Assembly: GCF_004010195.1 (NCBI RefSeq)
Contig: NC_057718.1
Span: 18,251,689 to 18,315,688, forward strand
Length of the DNA: 64,000 nt
Direction of reading: 5' to 3'
Origin: Chiloscyllium plagiosum
Lineage: Eukaryota
Below the pieces are notes generated by a model. It saw nothing but the letters and a program-made list of their open reading frames with translations, did not search any database and had not been told where the DNA came from. The translations under genes were made by a program, and so were the position numbers. Shown in pieces: positions 50,031-63,117 of this stretch; position 1 is the first letter of the stretch, and each line of letters opens with the position of its first letter.

Positions 50031-52248
50031 CACAGAGGGGGGTACTGTGCTGTTGGAGATGCAGTAAGGATGAAAGCCCCTTACCTTTTCAGCTGGGTGT
50101 AAGTGATGAGATGGCAGTAATTTGAAGAAAAGCAGGGGTGCGATCTGCACTGGCTAACGTTTACCCCTCAATCAGCGGAACTGAAACGGATTATTTGGTC
50201 ATCATCATGTTGCTGTTTGTGATCAATTACTGCGCACACATTGGCTGTCATGAGTCCAATATTCCAACAGTGACTACTTCAAAATGCCTTATTGGCTGTA
50301 GAGTACTTTGACCATGACCTGTGATCATGAGTGGTGCTACATAAATGCAAGTCCTCTTTCCTTTGTGCTCACTGTAGAAGAACAGTTTTCACACATTAAT
50401 TGAGACTTTGTGAATCGAAAGGCTACAGTTACAGCATTGAGCATAGCTTTATGCATCCTGTTACAGGAAAGGTGAGAGCAACGCTGGAAAAATGTAGCAT
50501 AGATTTGTTGGAATGCTACTGGAGATGAGGAATTACTGCTGAGGAGGTCTGAGATGTTTGCACATGGGAGATGAGGAGCTTAAGCATGCTCTGAAGGAGG
50601 TCTTACCCTATGGTAAGTGATTGATTGCTTTTAGTGGTTGGTGAGATATTAACAAGCAGGAAACAATACACAGTAACCACAAAACGAATGAAAGGGGACT
50701 TTCACTCAGAATGTGGTTAGATTGTGGAATTCTCTACTACAAGTCAGTTGTTGAAATTAAATTGTTTTCCTTTTTTTCAAACAGAAAGGAGTAATTTGTA
50801 TTTTAAAAAAAAGTCATGCGTGGGATGCTGGCTGGCTTGGAATTTATTTTCTATCCCTACCTGCTCAAGCGAAGGCAATATTGAACTGCCTTCTTGAATT
50901 GCCACAGTCTGTTTTGAGTAGGGGTACCCACTGTACAAATATTAATGTGAATGGAACCTATCCAGGAAAGTGAATTTTGACTACGTAGTGAAAATACACA
51001 AACTGTGAAACACTGATACTTACCTGCACTGAAAGGTTTTAGAATTCCATGTGGCTAATGATTAAATCAGTCAGTCTTGCTTAATTCCACATTGGTAGCT
51101 TGCCTCCAGTCTTCACTTTGAAATTTGGTAATGACATATTCAACTCTAATCACCTATTCCCATCTACAGGTGGTTAAAGGAAATGTCTATCCTGTCAGAC
51201 ACACTTCAATCTAGTCGAGTCACATGTCTACAGTGTCTGGGGGCACATACAAATGTATATATTTGATCAAGCATCCAGATGGGCAGCCAGGTAGAAAGGA
51301 ATACATCAGATTCCCATGTTACAACATACTGACCTCATATTATTCCTCCAAAGGGATTTGACCAGGCAGTAAATGCCTCTCAGGATGAAACTACCTGTCG
51401 TGCACACTAAAATTAATCTATGGTTTAATAAGCTGACTGACTGCTGCTTTACAACATCTTGCAGAGATGGAATAAATGGAAAAGATGCGAATCCATTTGT
51501 TATACCTCGAAAACAAATTTGTTGCATCTTTTGGTTTACCCTTACAGCTGTTTAGGTCATGTCCTTTTCCCAGGGATAACACAACATTGTGAACAGAGAG
51601 AAAAGGCTTCACACTTTATCTGTCTCTATACTGTACTGTTGTTTATTTCTGCCATTTTGAAAGATGTACACATAAATTGTAGTTGTGATACAATCTCAAT
51701 TAAATTACTAGACTCATGTCGGGAATAAATTAATTCTAAATCTTTTGAAGTAGCACATACAAATCTGTTTGTTTACAGACTGTTTGCCTGTTATTAAGGG
51801 TTTGCTGTGGAATTTAAGTTAAATTGTCCATTTGAGCACATTTGGAACTGGGTTCAAATCAGCCCCATCTGCTCAGCTGGAAGCCTTATCTTCCTGCCTA
51901 TTAATAACCCTCTGTAAAATACATAACATTGAATCTTAGATGTTTTTGGCTAAGTGTCAGTTTCTTCGGGATTTTTGAAGGATTTCTGGCTGCTTTACGG
52001 TGAGATTTCTGGCCGTATCTTACCAAACTTGCCCTGTTAACTACCTAACCCATTCCTATAGCGTCCCTCTATCCGATCCTAGCCTAACCCTATCACACAC
52101 CATTGACAGAAAGACTCACCGCTGCCCAAGTGTCCTGGGAATGACTGGCATCACTGGTGCTTGTGCCATCTTTAACAGGTTTGTACACCAGGACAAGTGC
52201 CGCTCGTCTGGAGCCGCCCTGTGCTCTATCCTGAGATTTGCTCCAGAC

Positions 52249-52800
52249 ATGCCAAACAAGAGAAAGTTGGCACATCCTTACCGGGCAGAGAACTGGAGAT
52301 GCTGATGGATGGGGTGATGCAGAGATAGGACAATGTCTTCCCCAGGTCCAGCAGTAAAGGCTACAATGACACACTGGAGGAATGAACTGTACTGTCAGAA
52401 GCAGGTCAGCATTAGGCCCACCATCCTCTCTCCAACATCTCACACTCACTCCATCTCAGCTCCTTTATCAAAGCTCACACTTTACAGCTCTCACTATTGC
52501 CTCATTCATTGTCACTCACCAGAACACCCCCTCCTCCCCAACCCAGTTCTCCCAACAGCACAAACCCTGCATGCCCACTGAACTGCCTACTCACTGACTG
52601 AGGACACCACCCCCATGCACCAATAGTAATAGTTGAGCCATCTACTTTCATCCCCATTCATTCACGGAGGGAAACAGACCCCAATAGGGGCAGAAAGAGT
52701 AAAGATTGTGGTGAGCTGCCCAGAAATGGGTACCTCAAATTGGAAGAGGAGTGGGTCCTGTTTCTGGCCATGTCCAAGCCCCTGGACCGGCATTAGATGC
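52249..52800 (+). pseudogene. Decayed Myb/SANT-like gene of PIF/Harbinger type
   Basis: MPNKRKLA followed, after a frameshift, by ELEMLMDGVMQR*DNVFP (cf. RFSxxELExLVxxVxxRxxVLF); a second basic block near 52667-52770 resembles the KTGGG-containing region. Confidence 0.5.
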
Positions 52801-54814
52801 TGCCCTTGACTTAATGAGATAGGACCCTCGAGCAAAGGCTATCTCCCCTGACTTGTCTGAGGCCTGCTGGCAACCATTGACCAGTTGCCTGGCTTTGTGT
52901 GCACATTAAATGGCACAAGAACACAGTGGTATGGTGACCCTGGTTCGTCTGGAGAGGGGCAAGGCAGGAATATTTTGAGCATCCAAGTGGTGTGAGTGTG
53001 CACTACAACACTGAGCAAAGAGCCCACAGACACAGCCTGGTCCAGTTCCTGAGCTGGCTGCATAGCCCTGATCTGAATTTTTGCAGTGGCATTACAATAA
53101 TAGTTGCTCTGAGATGCAGCATTGAAGTACAGAATCTTCCTGTAAGTGGATTGGAGATGTACCATGAAGGTTCTTGGTGACTGATACATGTCTGATGCCT
53201 ATGTTCATGGACATTGGGTGCATCTGCTGGTATCCACGGAGAAAGTGCCCTGAGATGTTGGTGCCCTGTGTCCAATGTAGAGGTCCATCGGAGCAAGCAG
53301 CAAGCTGAAGCTGCGAGGTAGCTGCTATTACCTCTATGTCCAACATTCACTGCATCTACATTTATTCACTGGATTTGATACAATAGGGAGCTGCAAGTTA
53401 ATGAGATGAGTTGTGCAATTAATAAGGTTGGAACAAGCAATAATCTGTTTTAATAGGCAACTCACTGTTTCCTAGCTGCAACCTTGACTTGACCTTGGGA
53501 TTTGGTTGAAAGATATGTGCATTGCTCCTGATGACAATATATTCCTTGATGGACTTCTCATGTGACTCTGCCACATTTCCTGTTGTAGCCCACATCATTC
53601 AGGCCCCGATAACATTTCCACCTGGACACCCCGCGCTGGCCTATTACCCGCCCTCGATCTCTTCATTTCCAACTGCCGCCGAGACATTAACTGACTCAAC
53701 CTATTTACCCCCCTCCCCCACTCCAACCTCTCACCCTCACAACGTGCAGCCCTCCACTCCCTCTGCTCCAGTCTCAACCTCACCATTAAACTCGCAGATA
53801 AAGGGGTTACAGTGGTAGTTTGGCGCACTGACCTCTACACCGCTCAAATCAGACGCTAACTCGAAGACACCTCTTCCTACTGCCCCCTTGACCATGACCC
53901 CACCCCCCATCACCAAACCGTCATCACCCAGACCATACAGAACCTCATCACCTCAGGAGATCTCCCTCCAACAGCTTCCAACTTCATAGTTAGGGAACCC
54001 CGCACTGCCCAGTTCTACCTCCTTCCCAAGATCCACAAGCCTGACCACCCTGGCCGACCCATTGTCCCAGCATGCTCCTGCCCCACTGAACTCATCTCCA
54101 CCTACCTTGACACTGTCCTACCCCCTAGTCCAGGAACTCCCCACATACATTTGAGACACCATCCATGCCCTCCACCTCCTCCAAGACTTCCATTTCCACA
54201 GCCCCCAACGCCTCATCTTCACCATGGATATCCAATCCCTCTACACCTCCATCCGCCATGACNNNNNNNNNNNNNNNNNNNNNNNNNNNNNNNNNNNNNN
54301 NNNNNNNNNNNNNNNNNNNNNNNNGAGGAGGTTGAGCAATTCATCAACTTCACCAACACATTCCACCCTGACCTTAAATTTACCTGGACCATCTCTGACA
54401 CCTCCCTCTCCTTCCTGGACCTCTCCATCTCCATTAATGATGACCAACCTGACACCGACATTTTTTACAAACCCACCGACTCCCACAGCTACCTGGATTA
54501 CACCTCTTCCCACTCCACCTCCTGCATAAATGCCATCCCAAATTCCCAATTTCTCCGCCTCCGCCGTATCTGCTCCCAGGAGGACCAGTTCCACCACAGA
54601 ACACACCAGATGGCCTCCTTCTTTAGAGACCGTAATTTCCCTTCCCACGTGGTTAAAGATGCCCTCCAACGCATCCTCATTCACATCCTGCACCTCCACC
54701 CTCAGACCCCACCCCTCCCACCGTAACAAGGACAGAACCCCCCCGGTGCTCTTTTCACTCTACCAACCTCCGCATAAACCAAATCATCCGTCGACATTTC
54801 CGCCACCTCCAAAC

Positions 54815-55043
54815 GGGGGTTTCCTCCGGGTGCTCCGGTTTCCTCCCACAGTCCAAAAATGTGCAGGTCAGGTGAATTGGCCATGCTAAATTGCCCATAG
54901 TGTTAGGTGCAGGGGTAAATGTAGGGGAATGGGTCTGGGTGGGTTGCGCTTCGGCGGGTCGGTGTGGACTTGTTGGGCCGAAGGGCCTGTTTCCACACAC
55001 TGTAAGTAATCTAATCTGATCTGATCTGATCTGATCTGATCTG
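54815..55043 (+). mobile_element. 5'-truncated HE1-type SINE with a (GATCT)n tail inside the PLE
   Basis: GGGTTTCCTCCGGGTGCTCCGGTTTCCTCCCACAG...gggcctgtttccacac. Confidence 0.92.
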
Positions 55044-55623
55044 AATATCATTTATTGTATCCGTTGCTCCCGATGCAGTCTCCTCTACATTGGGGAGACT
55101 GGGCGCCTCTTCGCAGAGCGCTTTAGGGAACATCTCTGGGACACCAGCACCAATCAACCACACTTCCCTGTGGCCTATCATTTCAACTCCCCCTCCCACT
55201 CAGCCGAGGACATGGAGGTCCTGGGCCTCCTTCACTGCCGCTCCCTCACCACCTGACGTCTAGAGGAAGAACGCCTCATCTTCTGCCTCGGAACACTTCA
55301 ACCATAGGGCATCAATGTGGGTTTCACCAGTTTCCTCATTTCCCCTTCCCCCACCTCACCTCAGTTCCAAACTTCCAGCTCAGCACTGTTCCCATGACTT
55401 GTCCTTCCTGCCTATCTTCCTTTCCACCTATCCACTCCACCCCCCGATCGAGAGAAACCGTCTACTGGTTGGAATCATACATTGCTACCTTCCCCCACCC
55501 TCCTCCCTGACCTATCACCTCCATCCATACCCCCATTCACCTATTGTAATCTATGCTACTTTCTCCCCACGCCCAACCTCCTCTCATTTATCTCTCCATC
55601 CTGCAAGCACTCTGCCTCTATTC

Positions 55624-55651
55624 CTGATGAAGGGCTTTCGCCCAAAACGTC
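55624..55651 (+). ncRNA. Minimal hammerhead motif in the PLE 3' terminus, GAAA mutated to AAAA
   Basis: CUGAUGA-A-GGGC-UUUC-GCCC-AAAA-CG-UC; the sister copy at 42133-42160 keeps GAAA. Confidence 0.75.
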
Positions 55652-55869
55652 GATTTTCCTGCTCTTCGGATGCTGCTTGAACTGCTGTACTTTTCCAGCA
55701 CCACTCTAATCTAGAATCTGGTTTCCAGCATCTGCAGTCATTGTTTTTACCCTATAACATTCTGCCCATAGACATTAGACCAGAGATTAGACCACACAGC
55801 CTATCCAATCAATGTCAATGATTACACTCCAAGAATGCAGATAGTCTTAATCCCACTCAGTTCGAACAT

Positions 55870-56262
55870 TAAACATAGAACATTACGATGCAGCACAGGC
55901 CCTTTGGCCCTTGATGTTTCATGGTCCTGTGGAACCAATCTGAAGCCCTGCTCTCCTACACTATTCCATTTTCATCTATATGCTTATCCAATGATCATTT
56001 AAATGCTCTTAAAGTTGGCAAGTCTACTACTGTTGCAGGTAGGATGTTCCATGCCCCTACTACTCTCTGAATAAAGAAACTACCTCTGACATCTGTCCAA
56101 TATCTATCACTTCTCAATTTAAAGCTATGTCGCCTCATGCTAGCCATCACCATCCAAGGAAAAACGCTCTTACTATCCATTCTATCTAACCCTCTGATTA
56201 ACTTAAATGTCTCAATTAAGTCACCTCTCAACCTTCTTCTCTCTCACAAAAAACATCCTCAA
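55870..56262 (-). mobile_element. CR1 3' fragment (different subfamily)
   Basis: RGDLIETFKLIRGLDR..SFFIQRVVGAWNILP. Confidence 0.9.
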
Positions 56263-59015
56263 GTCATAGTCATAGAGTCATAGAGATGTATAGCATGGAA
56301 ACAGACACTTCGGTCTAACCTGTCCATGCCAACCAGATATCCCAACCCAATCTAGTCCCACCTGCCAGCTCCCGGCCCGTATCCCCCCAAACCCTTCTTA
56401 TTCATATACCCATCCAAATGCCTTTTAAATGTTGCAATTGTACCAGCCTCCACCACTTCCTCTGGCAGCTCATTTCATACCTGTACCACCCTCTGCGTGA
56501 AAACGTTGCCCCTTAGGTCTCTTTTATATCTTTCCTTTCTCACCCTAAACCGATGCCCTCTAGTTCTGGACTCCCCCACCCCAGGGAAAAGACTTTGTCT
56601 ATTTCTCCTATCTATGCTACTCAAAATTTTGTAAACCTCTATAAGGTCACCCCTCAGCCTCAACAGCCCCAGCCTGTTCAGCCTCTCCCTATAGCTCAAA
56701 TCATCCAACCCTGGCAACATCCTTGTAACTCTTTCTGAACCCTTTCATGTTTCACAACATCTTTCCAATAGGAAGGAGACCAGAATTGCATGCAATATTC
56801 CACCAGTGGCCTAACCAATGTCCTGTAAAGCCGCAACATGACGTTGTAAAGCCCAACTCCTATACTCGATACTCTGACCAATAAAAGGAAGCATATCAAA
56901 TGCCTTCTTCACTATCCTATCTACCTGCCACTCCACTTTCAAGGAGCTATGAACCTGCACTCCAAGGTCTCTTTGTTCAGCAACACTCCCTAGGACCTTA
57001 CCATTAAGTGTATAAGTCCTGCTAAGATTTGCTTTCCCAAAATGCAGCACCTCGCATTTATCTGAACTAAACTCCATCTGCCACTTCTCAGCCCATTGGT
57101 CCATCTGGTCCAGATCCTGTTGTATTCTGAGGTAACCTTCTTTGCTGTCCACTACACCTCCAATTTTGGTGTAATCTGCAAACTTACTAACTGTACCTCT
57201 TATGCTCGCATCCAAATCATTTATGTAAATTGCAAAGAGTAGAGGGCTCAGCACCGATCCTTGTGGCACTCCACTGGTCACAGGCCTCCAGTCTGAAAAA
57301 CAACCCTCCACCACCACCCTCTGTCTTCTACCTTTGAGCCAGTTCTGTATCCAAATGGCTAGTTCTCCCTGTATTCCATTAGCTCGAACTTTGCTAACTA
57401 GTCTCCCATGGGGAACCTTGTCAAAAGTCTCACTGAAGTCCATATAGATCACATCTACTGCTCTGCCCTCATCAATCCTCCTTGTTACTTCTTCAAAAAA
57501 CTCAATGAAGTTTGTGAGACATGATTTCTCACACACAAAGCCATGTTGACTATCTCTAATCAGTCCTTGCTTTTCCAAATACATGTACATCCTGTCCCCT
57601 CACCTGTGACTATCGATGATACAAATATCTCAGCAAAAGGTCCAGCAATCACTTCTCTAGCTTTCCACAGAGTTCTAGGGTATACCTGATCAGATCCTGA
57701 GGAATAATCCTCTTTTATGCATTTCAAGACATCCAGCACTTCCTCCTCTGTAATATGGACATTTTGCAAGGTGTCACCATCTATTTCATTACTTTCTATA
57801 TCTTCCATATCCTTTTCCACAGTAAATACTGATGCAAAATACTCGTTTCGTATCTCCCCCATTTTTTGCGGTTCCACACAAAGGCTGCCTTGCTGGTCTT
57901 TGAGGGGCCCTATTCTCTTCCTAGTTATCCTTTTGTCCTTAATGTAGTTGTAAAAACCCTTTGGATTCTCCTTAATTCTATTTGCCAAATCTATCTCATG
58001 TCCCCTTTTTGCCCTCCTGATTTCCGTCTTAAGTATAGTCCTACTGCCTTTGTACTCTTCTAAGGATTTACTCGATCTATCCTGTCTGTATCTTACATAC
58101 GTTTCCTTCTTTTTCTGAACCAAACCCTCAATTTCTTTAGTCATCCAGCATTCCCTATAACTACCAGCCTTCCCTTTCACCCGAACAGGAATATACTTTC
58201 TCTGGATTCTCATTATCTCATTTCTGAAGGCTTCCCATTTTCCAGCCGTCCCTTTACCTGCGAACATCTGCCTCCAATCAGCTTTTGAAAGTTTTTCCCT
58301 AATACCGTCAAAATTGGCCTTTCTCCAATTTAGAACTTCAACTTTTAGATCTGGTCTATCCTTTTCCATTACTATGTTAAATCTAATTGAATTATGGTTG
58401 CTGGCCCCAAAGTGCTCCCCCACTGACACCTCAGTCACCTGCCCTGCTATTTCCCAAGAGTAGGTCAAGTTTTGTACCTTCTCTAGTAGGTACATACACA
58501 TACTGAATCAGACTTACACACTTAACAAATTCCTCTCCATCTAAACCCTTAACACTATGGCAGTCCCAGTCTATGTTTGGAAAGTTAAAAATCCCCTACC
58601 ATAACCACCCTATTATTCTTACAGATAGCTGAGATCTCCTTCCAAGTTTGATTCTCAATTTCCCTCTGACTATTAGGGGGTCTATAATACAATCCCAATA
58701 AGGTGATCATCCCTTTCTTATTTCTCAGTTCCACCCAAATAACTTCCCTGGATGTATTTCCAGGAATATCCTCCCTCAGCACAGCTGTAATGCTATCCCT
58801 TATCAAAAACTTCACTCCCCTTCCTCTCTTGCCTCCCTTTCTATCCTTCCTGTAGCATTTGTATCCTGGAACATTAAGCTGCCAGTCCTGCCCATCCCTG
58901 AACCATGTTTCTGTCATTGCTATGATAACCCAGTCCCATGTTCCTAACCATACCCTGAGTTCATCTGCTTTTCCTGTTAGGCCCCTTGTATTGAAATAAA
59001 TGGAGTTTAATTTTT

Positions 59016-59331
59016 TAGATTAGATTAGATTAGATTACAGTGTGGAAACAGGCCCTTCGGCCCAACAAGTCCACACCGACCCGCCAAAGCGAAACCCACC
59101 CATACCCCTACATTTACCCCTTACCTAGCACTACGGGCAATTTAGTATGGCCAATTCACCTGACCCTGCACATCTTTGTGATGTGGGAGGAAACCGGAGC
59201 ACCTGGAGGAAACCCACGCAGACACGGGGAGAACGTGCAAACTCCACGCAGTCAGTCGCCTGAGGCGGGAATTGAACCCGGGTCTCTGGCGCTGTGAGGC
59301 AGCAGTGCTAACCACTGTGCCATCGTGCCGC
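59016..59331 (-). mobile_element. HE1-type V-SINE, young full copy inside the CR1
   Basis: A/B boxes, V-domain, (ATCTA)n tail, retained CpGs and a short AATTT duplication. Confidence 0.95.
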
Positions 59332-60135
59332 CCCAATTTATTCGTCCTACCTTGTCCCTGCCTGCCCTGACTGTTTGACTCGCTTCTGTTCTCAACTGTA
59401 TCAGTCTCAGATTGAACTCTTTCCTCACTATCTCCCTGGGTTCCACCCCCACCCCCCCCTCCCCCCACCTTACTAGTTTAAATCCTCCCAAGCAACTCTA
59501 GCAAATCCCCCTTCCAGTATAGGTGCAAACCATCGTCCTTATACAGGTCACTTCTACGCCAAAAGAGATTCCAATGGTCCAAAAATGTGAATCCTTCCCC
59601 CATATACCAGCTCCTCAGCCATGCATTTATCTGCTCTATCCTCCTGTTCCTGCCCTCACTAGCTCGTAGCACTGAGAGTAATCCAGATATTACTACTCTC
59701 GAGGACCTCCTTTTTAAATTTCTGCCTAACTCTCTGTAATCTCCCTTCAGAATCTCAACCTTTTCCCCTCCAATGTCATTGGTTCCAACATGGACAATGA
59801 CCTCTTGCTGGCTCCTCTCCCCTGTGAGAATATTCTGCACCCACTCTGAGACATCCTTGATCCTGGCACCAGGGAAGCAACACACCATTCTGTTTTTTCG
59901 CTGTTGGCCACAGAAACGTCTACCTGTACCTTGGACTAGAGAGTCCCCTAATACAGTTGATGGCTTGGAACCCGACGTACCCCTCATTGCATTTGAAGCA
60001 GTCTCCATGCCCGAAACTTGGCTGTTTGTGCTACGTTCCCCTGAGAATCCATCACCCCCTACATTTTCCAAAACAGCATACTTGTTTGAAATGGGTGTAG
60101 CCACAGAAGGGTCCTGCACTAGCTGCCTTGAGAAA

Positions 60136-60404
60136 TTAGATTAGATTCCCTACAGTGTGGAAACAGGCCCTTCAGCCCGACAAGTCCACACTGACCCTCC
60201 GAAGAGTAACCCACCCAGACCCATTTCCCTCTGACTAATGCACCTAACACTATGGGCAATTTAGCATGGCCAATTCACCTGACCTGCACATTTTTGGACT
60301 GTGGGAGGAAACCCACGCAGACACAGACAGTCACCCGTGGCTGGAATTGAACCTGACACCCTGGTGCTATGAGGCAGCTGTGCTAACCACTGAGCCTCCG
60401 TGCC
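60136..60404 (-). mobile_element. HE1-type V-SINE inside CR1 ORF1
   Basis: Same head, tail and (ATCTA)n end; flanking TGCCT duplication. Confidence 0.92.
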
Positions 60405-61413
60405 CCTTGTGCCTATCTCTCTTACCTTTCCTGGAGTTAACCTATCTATGTGACTGTATCTGAGACTTTCCCCCCTCCTATAACTGCCATCCATCACATA
60501 CTGTTGCTGTTGCAAATTCATCATTGCTTCTAACTGTCTCTCCAACCGATCCATTCGATCCGATATGATTTGCAACCAACAGCATTTCTTGCAGGTACAA
60601 TCCGCAGTAACCCTTAAACTCTCTTTAAACTTCCAGATCTGACAAGAAGCGCATATCACTCTACTAAAGGCAATTTTTGCTCCTTCACAATCTACAGACC
60701 CAGAGAATAACACCGTCTTATTCCTCTACAAAACACTACCCCGGGTTAAATTAATAGTTTTGGCTTATATTTTAAGTTTAATCAAGAGACATATCTCCAT
60801 AAACATATAATCAAGAAAGAATCCACTCTACTCACTACTGCAGACTTTCTGTAGGTCACACTTAAAAACAATACTATTATCTGATTCTGTGCTGTGAACT
60901 TCGCCCAAACAGTTCCTCCAAGATCAGCTATGAATTTCACTGTTTGTTAATTTTCCCAGACGCACTCCGATGTCCAGCGATACATGAATTCAAACAGCAA
61001 TGGCAGTAAGTGCAGGTTCACTGCTGAGTCAGTTTCTTTCTCTCTTTCCTGCACTGACCTCACCATGTGCTTCCTTTGTCTGTTCTTCTCCCTTTTAAAA
61101 CTGCTCTGGTTTTGACTTTTCTTTCCCAAAGTTCCAAAACAATGCAACAGCATATAAAACTGTAATTGCTGCTCCTGGAGTTCGAGGAAATCACCTCAAC
61201 CTTCCCTCCCTACCCAACATCCTGGTAAATTCATAATCCCTTTACCCCATTTTCTTTCAACATCTATACAAGCTTTTTGATTAGTGATGTGATACTGCCA
61301 CACCCAGTAACCTCTCAGAAGTGGGTTTGGGCACATTGGTTGTTGTAAAGCGAAAGGTGGTAAATGTGTCCTGACTAACCTTGACCAGTTTGCTTTAATC
61401 CTTTTTATCTCAG

Positions 61414-61455
61414 GTGCATTCAGCGATGAGATAGACAAATGGAACAAGAGCCAGT
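61414..61455 (+). CDS. Candidate 42-nt symmetric internal exon (xAFSDEIDKWNKSQx), gene unknown
   Basis: CTGACTAAC branch-like motif, pyrimidine tract tttgctttaatcctttttatctCAG, donor GTAAGT; only the phase-1/phase-1 frame is open. Confidence 0.4.
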
Positions 61456-62694
61456 GTAAGTTCCAACAAAACTTTACTGAATACCTTATCAGAAAAAACA
61501 ATATTTATCAGATTCTGCCACTGCACTTTATTCTATTAAGCTCTGTCAATCGCTTCACAGGAATCTTCTATAAACACTCTTAAATCTCGAAGTAAACATT
61601 CTCAAGTCTACATGAGCTATCTACTTCTGACATGCACTGCCGAGGAATCGCTACACCCTATCTGCCAAATCCTACTATTATATTTGATCTGTTTGTCTGA
61701 AAGGATTGATAATACCCATTCAATAAGACTAGGATATCCTGTTCCTTGGTCTTTAAAATTCGCTGTTGTTTCAGGATCTGCAGCCGTCCATTTGGGTTTC
61801 CCGTCTTGGTGTGCATTGGTTCAGGCTTTCAGGTCATCTTACCGAGGTGATCTTTCAGGATGTGGTCTGTCTGATGATGCTCACCACGTGGTGCCAGGAT
61901 CTGAAAATGCAGTGCAGCTCAGCTGCCACTTGAAGACGCTCACTGGTGAAGCCATTGAAGAAGATGCAAAGGCAGAGAGAGAGCTGGGCTCCAGATTGCC
62001 CCTTTAAGCCCCCTCTTCATGCCCTTCTCAAAACTTCCATGGCCTGTTGTCCAATACCTACCTCAGGCAGGGGCTGGAAGATCCAATGAGGTGACTATTT
62101 TCCATTTTTCAAGGTTGCAGGACATTCACTTGTCATGCTGCGTCACCGGCTTCCGACTCAGCTGGGCACCACCAAGTAGCGGTGGCATTCTTCTTACAAA
62201 GCAGGTCCACTGGAGGGATAAACAACAGTTTGTTCTGAAGCAATGTGGCCATGAGCAGCTGATCAGGCAGTTCCAAGCCTGTGTGGCTTCAATGGGAGGA
62301 TAATTGTCTAAGGTGTGGCTGAATGAAAACCATCTGTTCCAGCTCTGCAGTTTGCAAACTGCAGTGCTTGGCTGGGTTTAAACTGGGCTTCCACATTTTG
62401 AGTTTTTTATCAATGCTCATGAGAAAGTATCAGGTCATAGGTCACTTGGTCACACTGTCCACCTCTGAGTAAGCACAAATGTTTGCATGAGCATAGCAAC
62501 ATCCAGTAACATCCTCAGGATCTCTCAATATGTTTAAGCTTCCGTGAATTATATTGGGAAGTGATGTCGCTGTTTTTCAGACAAGTAGAATTTTCCTCTT
62601 GTCAGATGGGAGGGGGAGTTAGGAAGAACAATGGTTAAATGATTCTGAGCTACTCTTTGGTCCATTTCTAACCTACGTCAAGTTAATAGCTTGA

Positions 62695-62851
62695 ATTTAA
62701 CATGGCCAATTCACCTGGCCTGTACATCTTTGGATTGTGGGAGGAAACCGGAGCACCCGGAGGAAACCCACATAGTCAGTCGCCCAAGGCTGGAATCAAA
62801 CCCAGGTCCCTGGTGCTGTGAAGTCTAAGCACTGAGCCACCGTGTCGCCCC
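62695..62851 (-). mobile_element. HE1-type SINE fragment
   Basis: catggccaattcacctggcctgtacatctttggattgtgggaggaaaccggagcacccggaggaaaccc. Confidence 0.88.
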
Positions 62852-63117
62852 AAAAGTGACAAGGTGCAATGTCACTAAGAGAGGAAAAAGACCTTCTAAG
62901 AGAAAATTATTTACACAGAGGATTGTTGAGACATTTTCTACAACAGTTTAGACAGAGACCATTACATTTTTAAGGGGAAAATTAGATAAGGCTTTGGAGC
63001 AGAGATATGTAATGATATGGGATATAGTGGAACAGTTGGGTTCATAAATATAGACTCAGCATAAGAATTGATCTCAGCGAAATGTTTAAAAAATTCTTAA
63101 AAGGTAGGACAAAAGAT

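Larger units (their letters stand above)
47728..50360 (+). mobile_element. Deu-domain SINE (SacSINE1-like) in three pieces: ~47728-47794, ~49757-49805, ~50032-50360
   Basis: tRNA-like head (gggttcaaatccc), Deu-like tttgaagaaaagcagggg..gattatttggtcatcatcatgttgctgtttgt..cagtgactacttcaaaa, and a gctacataaatgcaagt tail. Confidence 0.7.
53615..55752 (+). mobile_element. Penelope-like element (RT + GIY-YIG), 5'-truncated, decayed
   Basis: IKLADKG, FYLLPKIHKPDHPGRPIV, FTMDIQSLYTSI, LKFT..LSFLDL..FYKPTDSHSYLDY and NIIYCIRCSRCSLLYIGETGRLFAERFREH at 55044. Confidence 0.93.
56263..61200 (-). mobile_element. Near full-length CR1 LINE: 5' UTR, ORF1 (zinc finger, coiled coil, SGNH esterase), ORF2 (APE + RT); inactivated
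   Basis: ORF1 CASCQIW..CTCKKC..MDRLERQLE, LGDS, HVGTND, DGLHL; ORF2 TETW, YYRPPN, VGDF, YMDFSETFDKVPH, GVPQGSVLSP, KFADYTK; (CTATGACT)n tail at 56263; ~130-bp deletion at ~57598 relative to 39958-40090. 5' boundary approximate. Confidence 0.95.

Noticed and set aside
50467..50618. Exon-like segment ending ATG/GTAAGT
   Set aside because: The acceptor is weak and all three frames contain stops.
59436..59468. C-rich run as a special G-quadruplex element
   Set aside because: It is a locally expanded C tract at the CR1 ORF1/ORF2 junction; the sister copy near 1330 has the short form.
61612..62303. 131-aa and 94-aa ORFs
   Set aside because: No recognisable motifs or coding-like composition; probably chance ORFs in old repeat-derived sequence.
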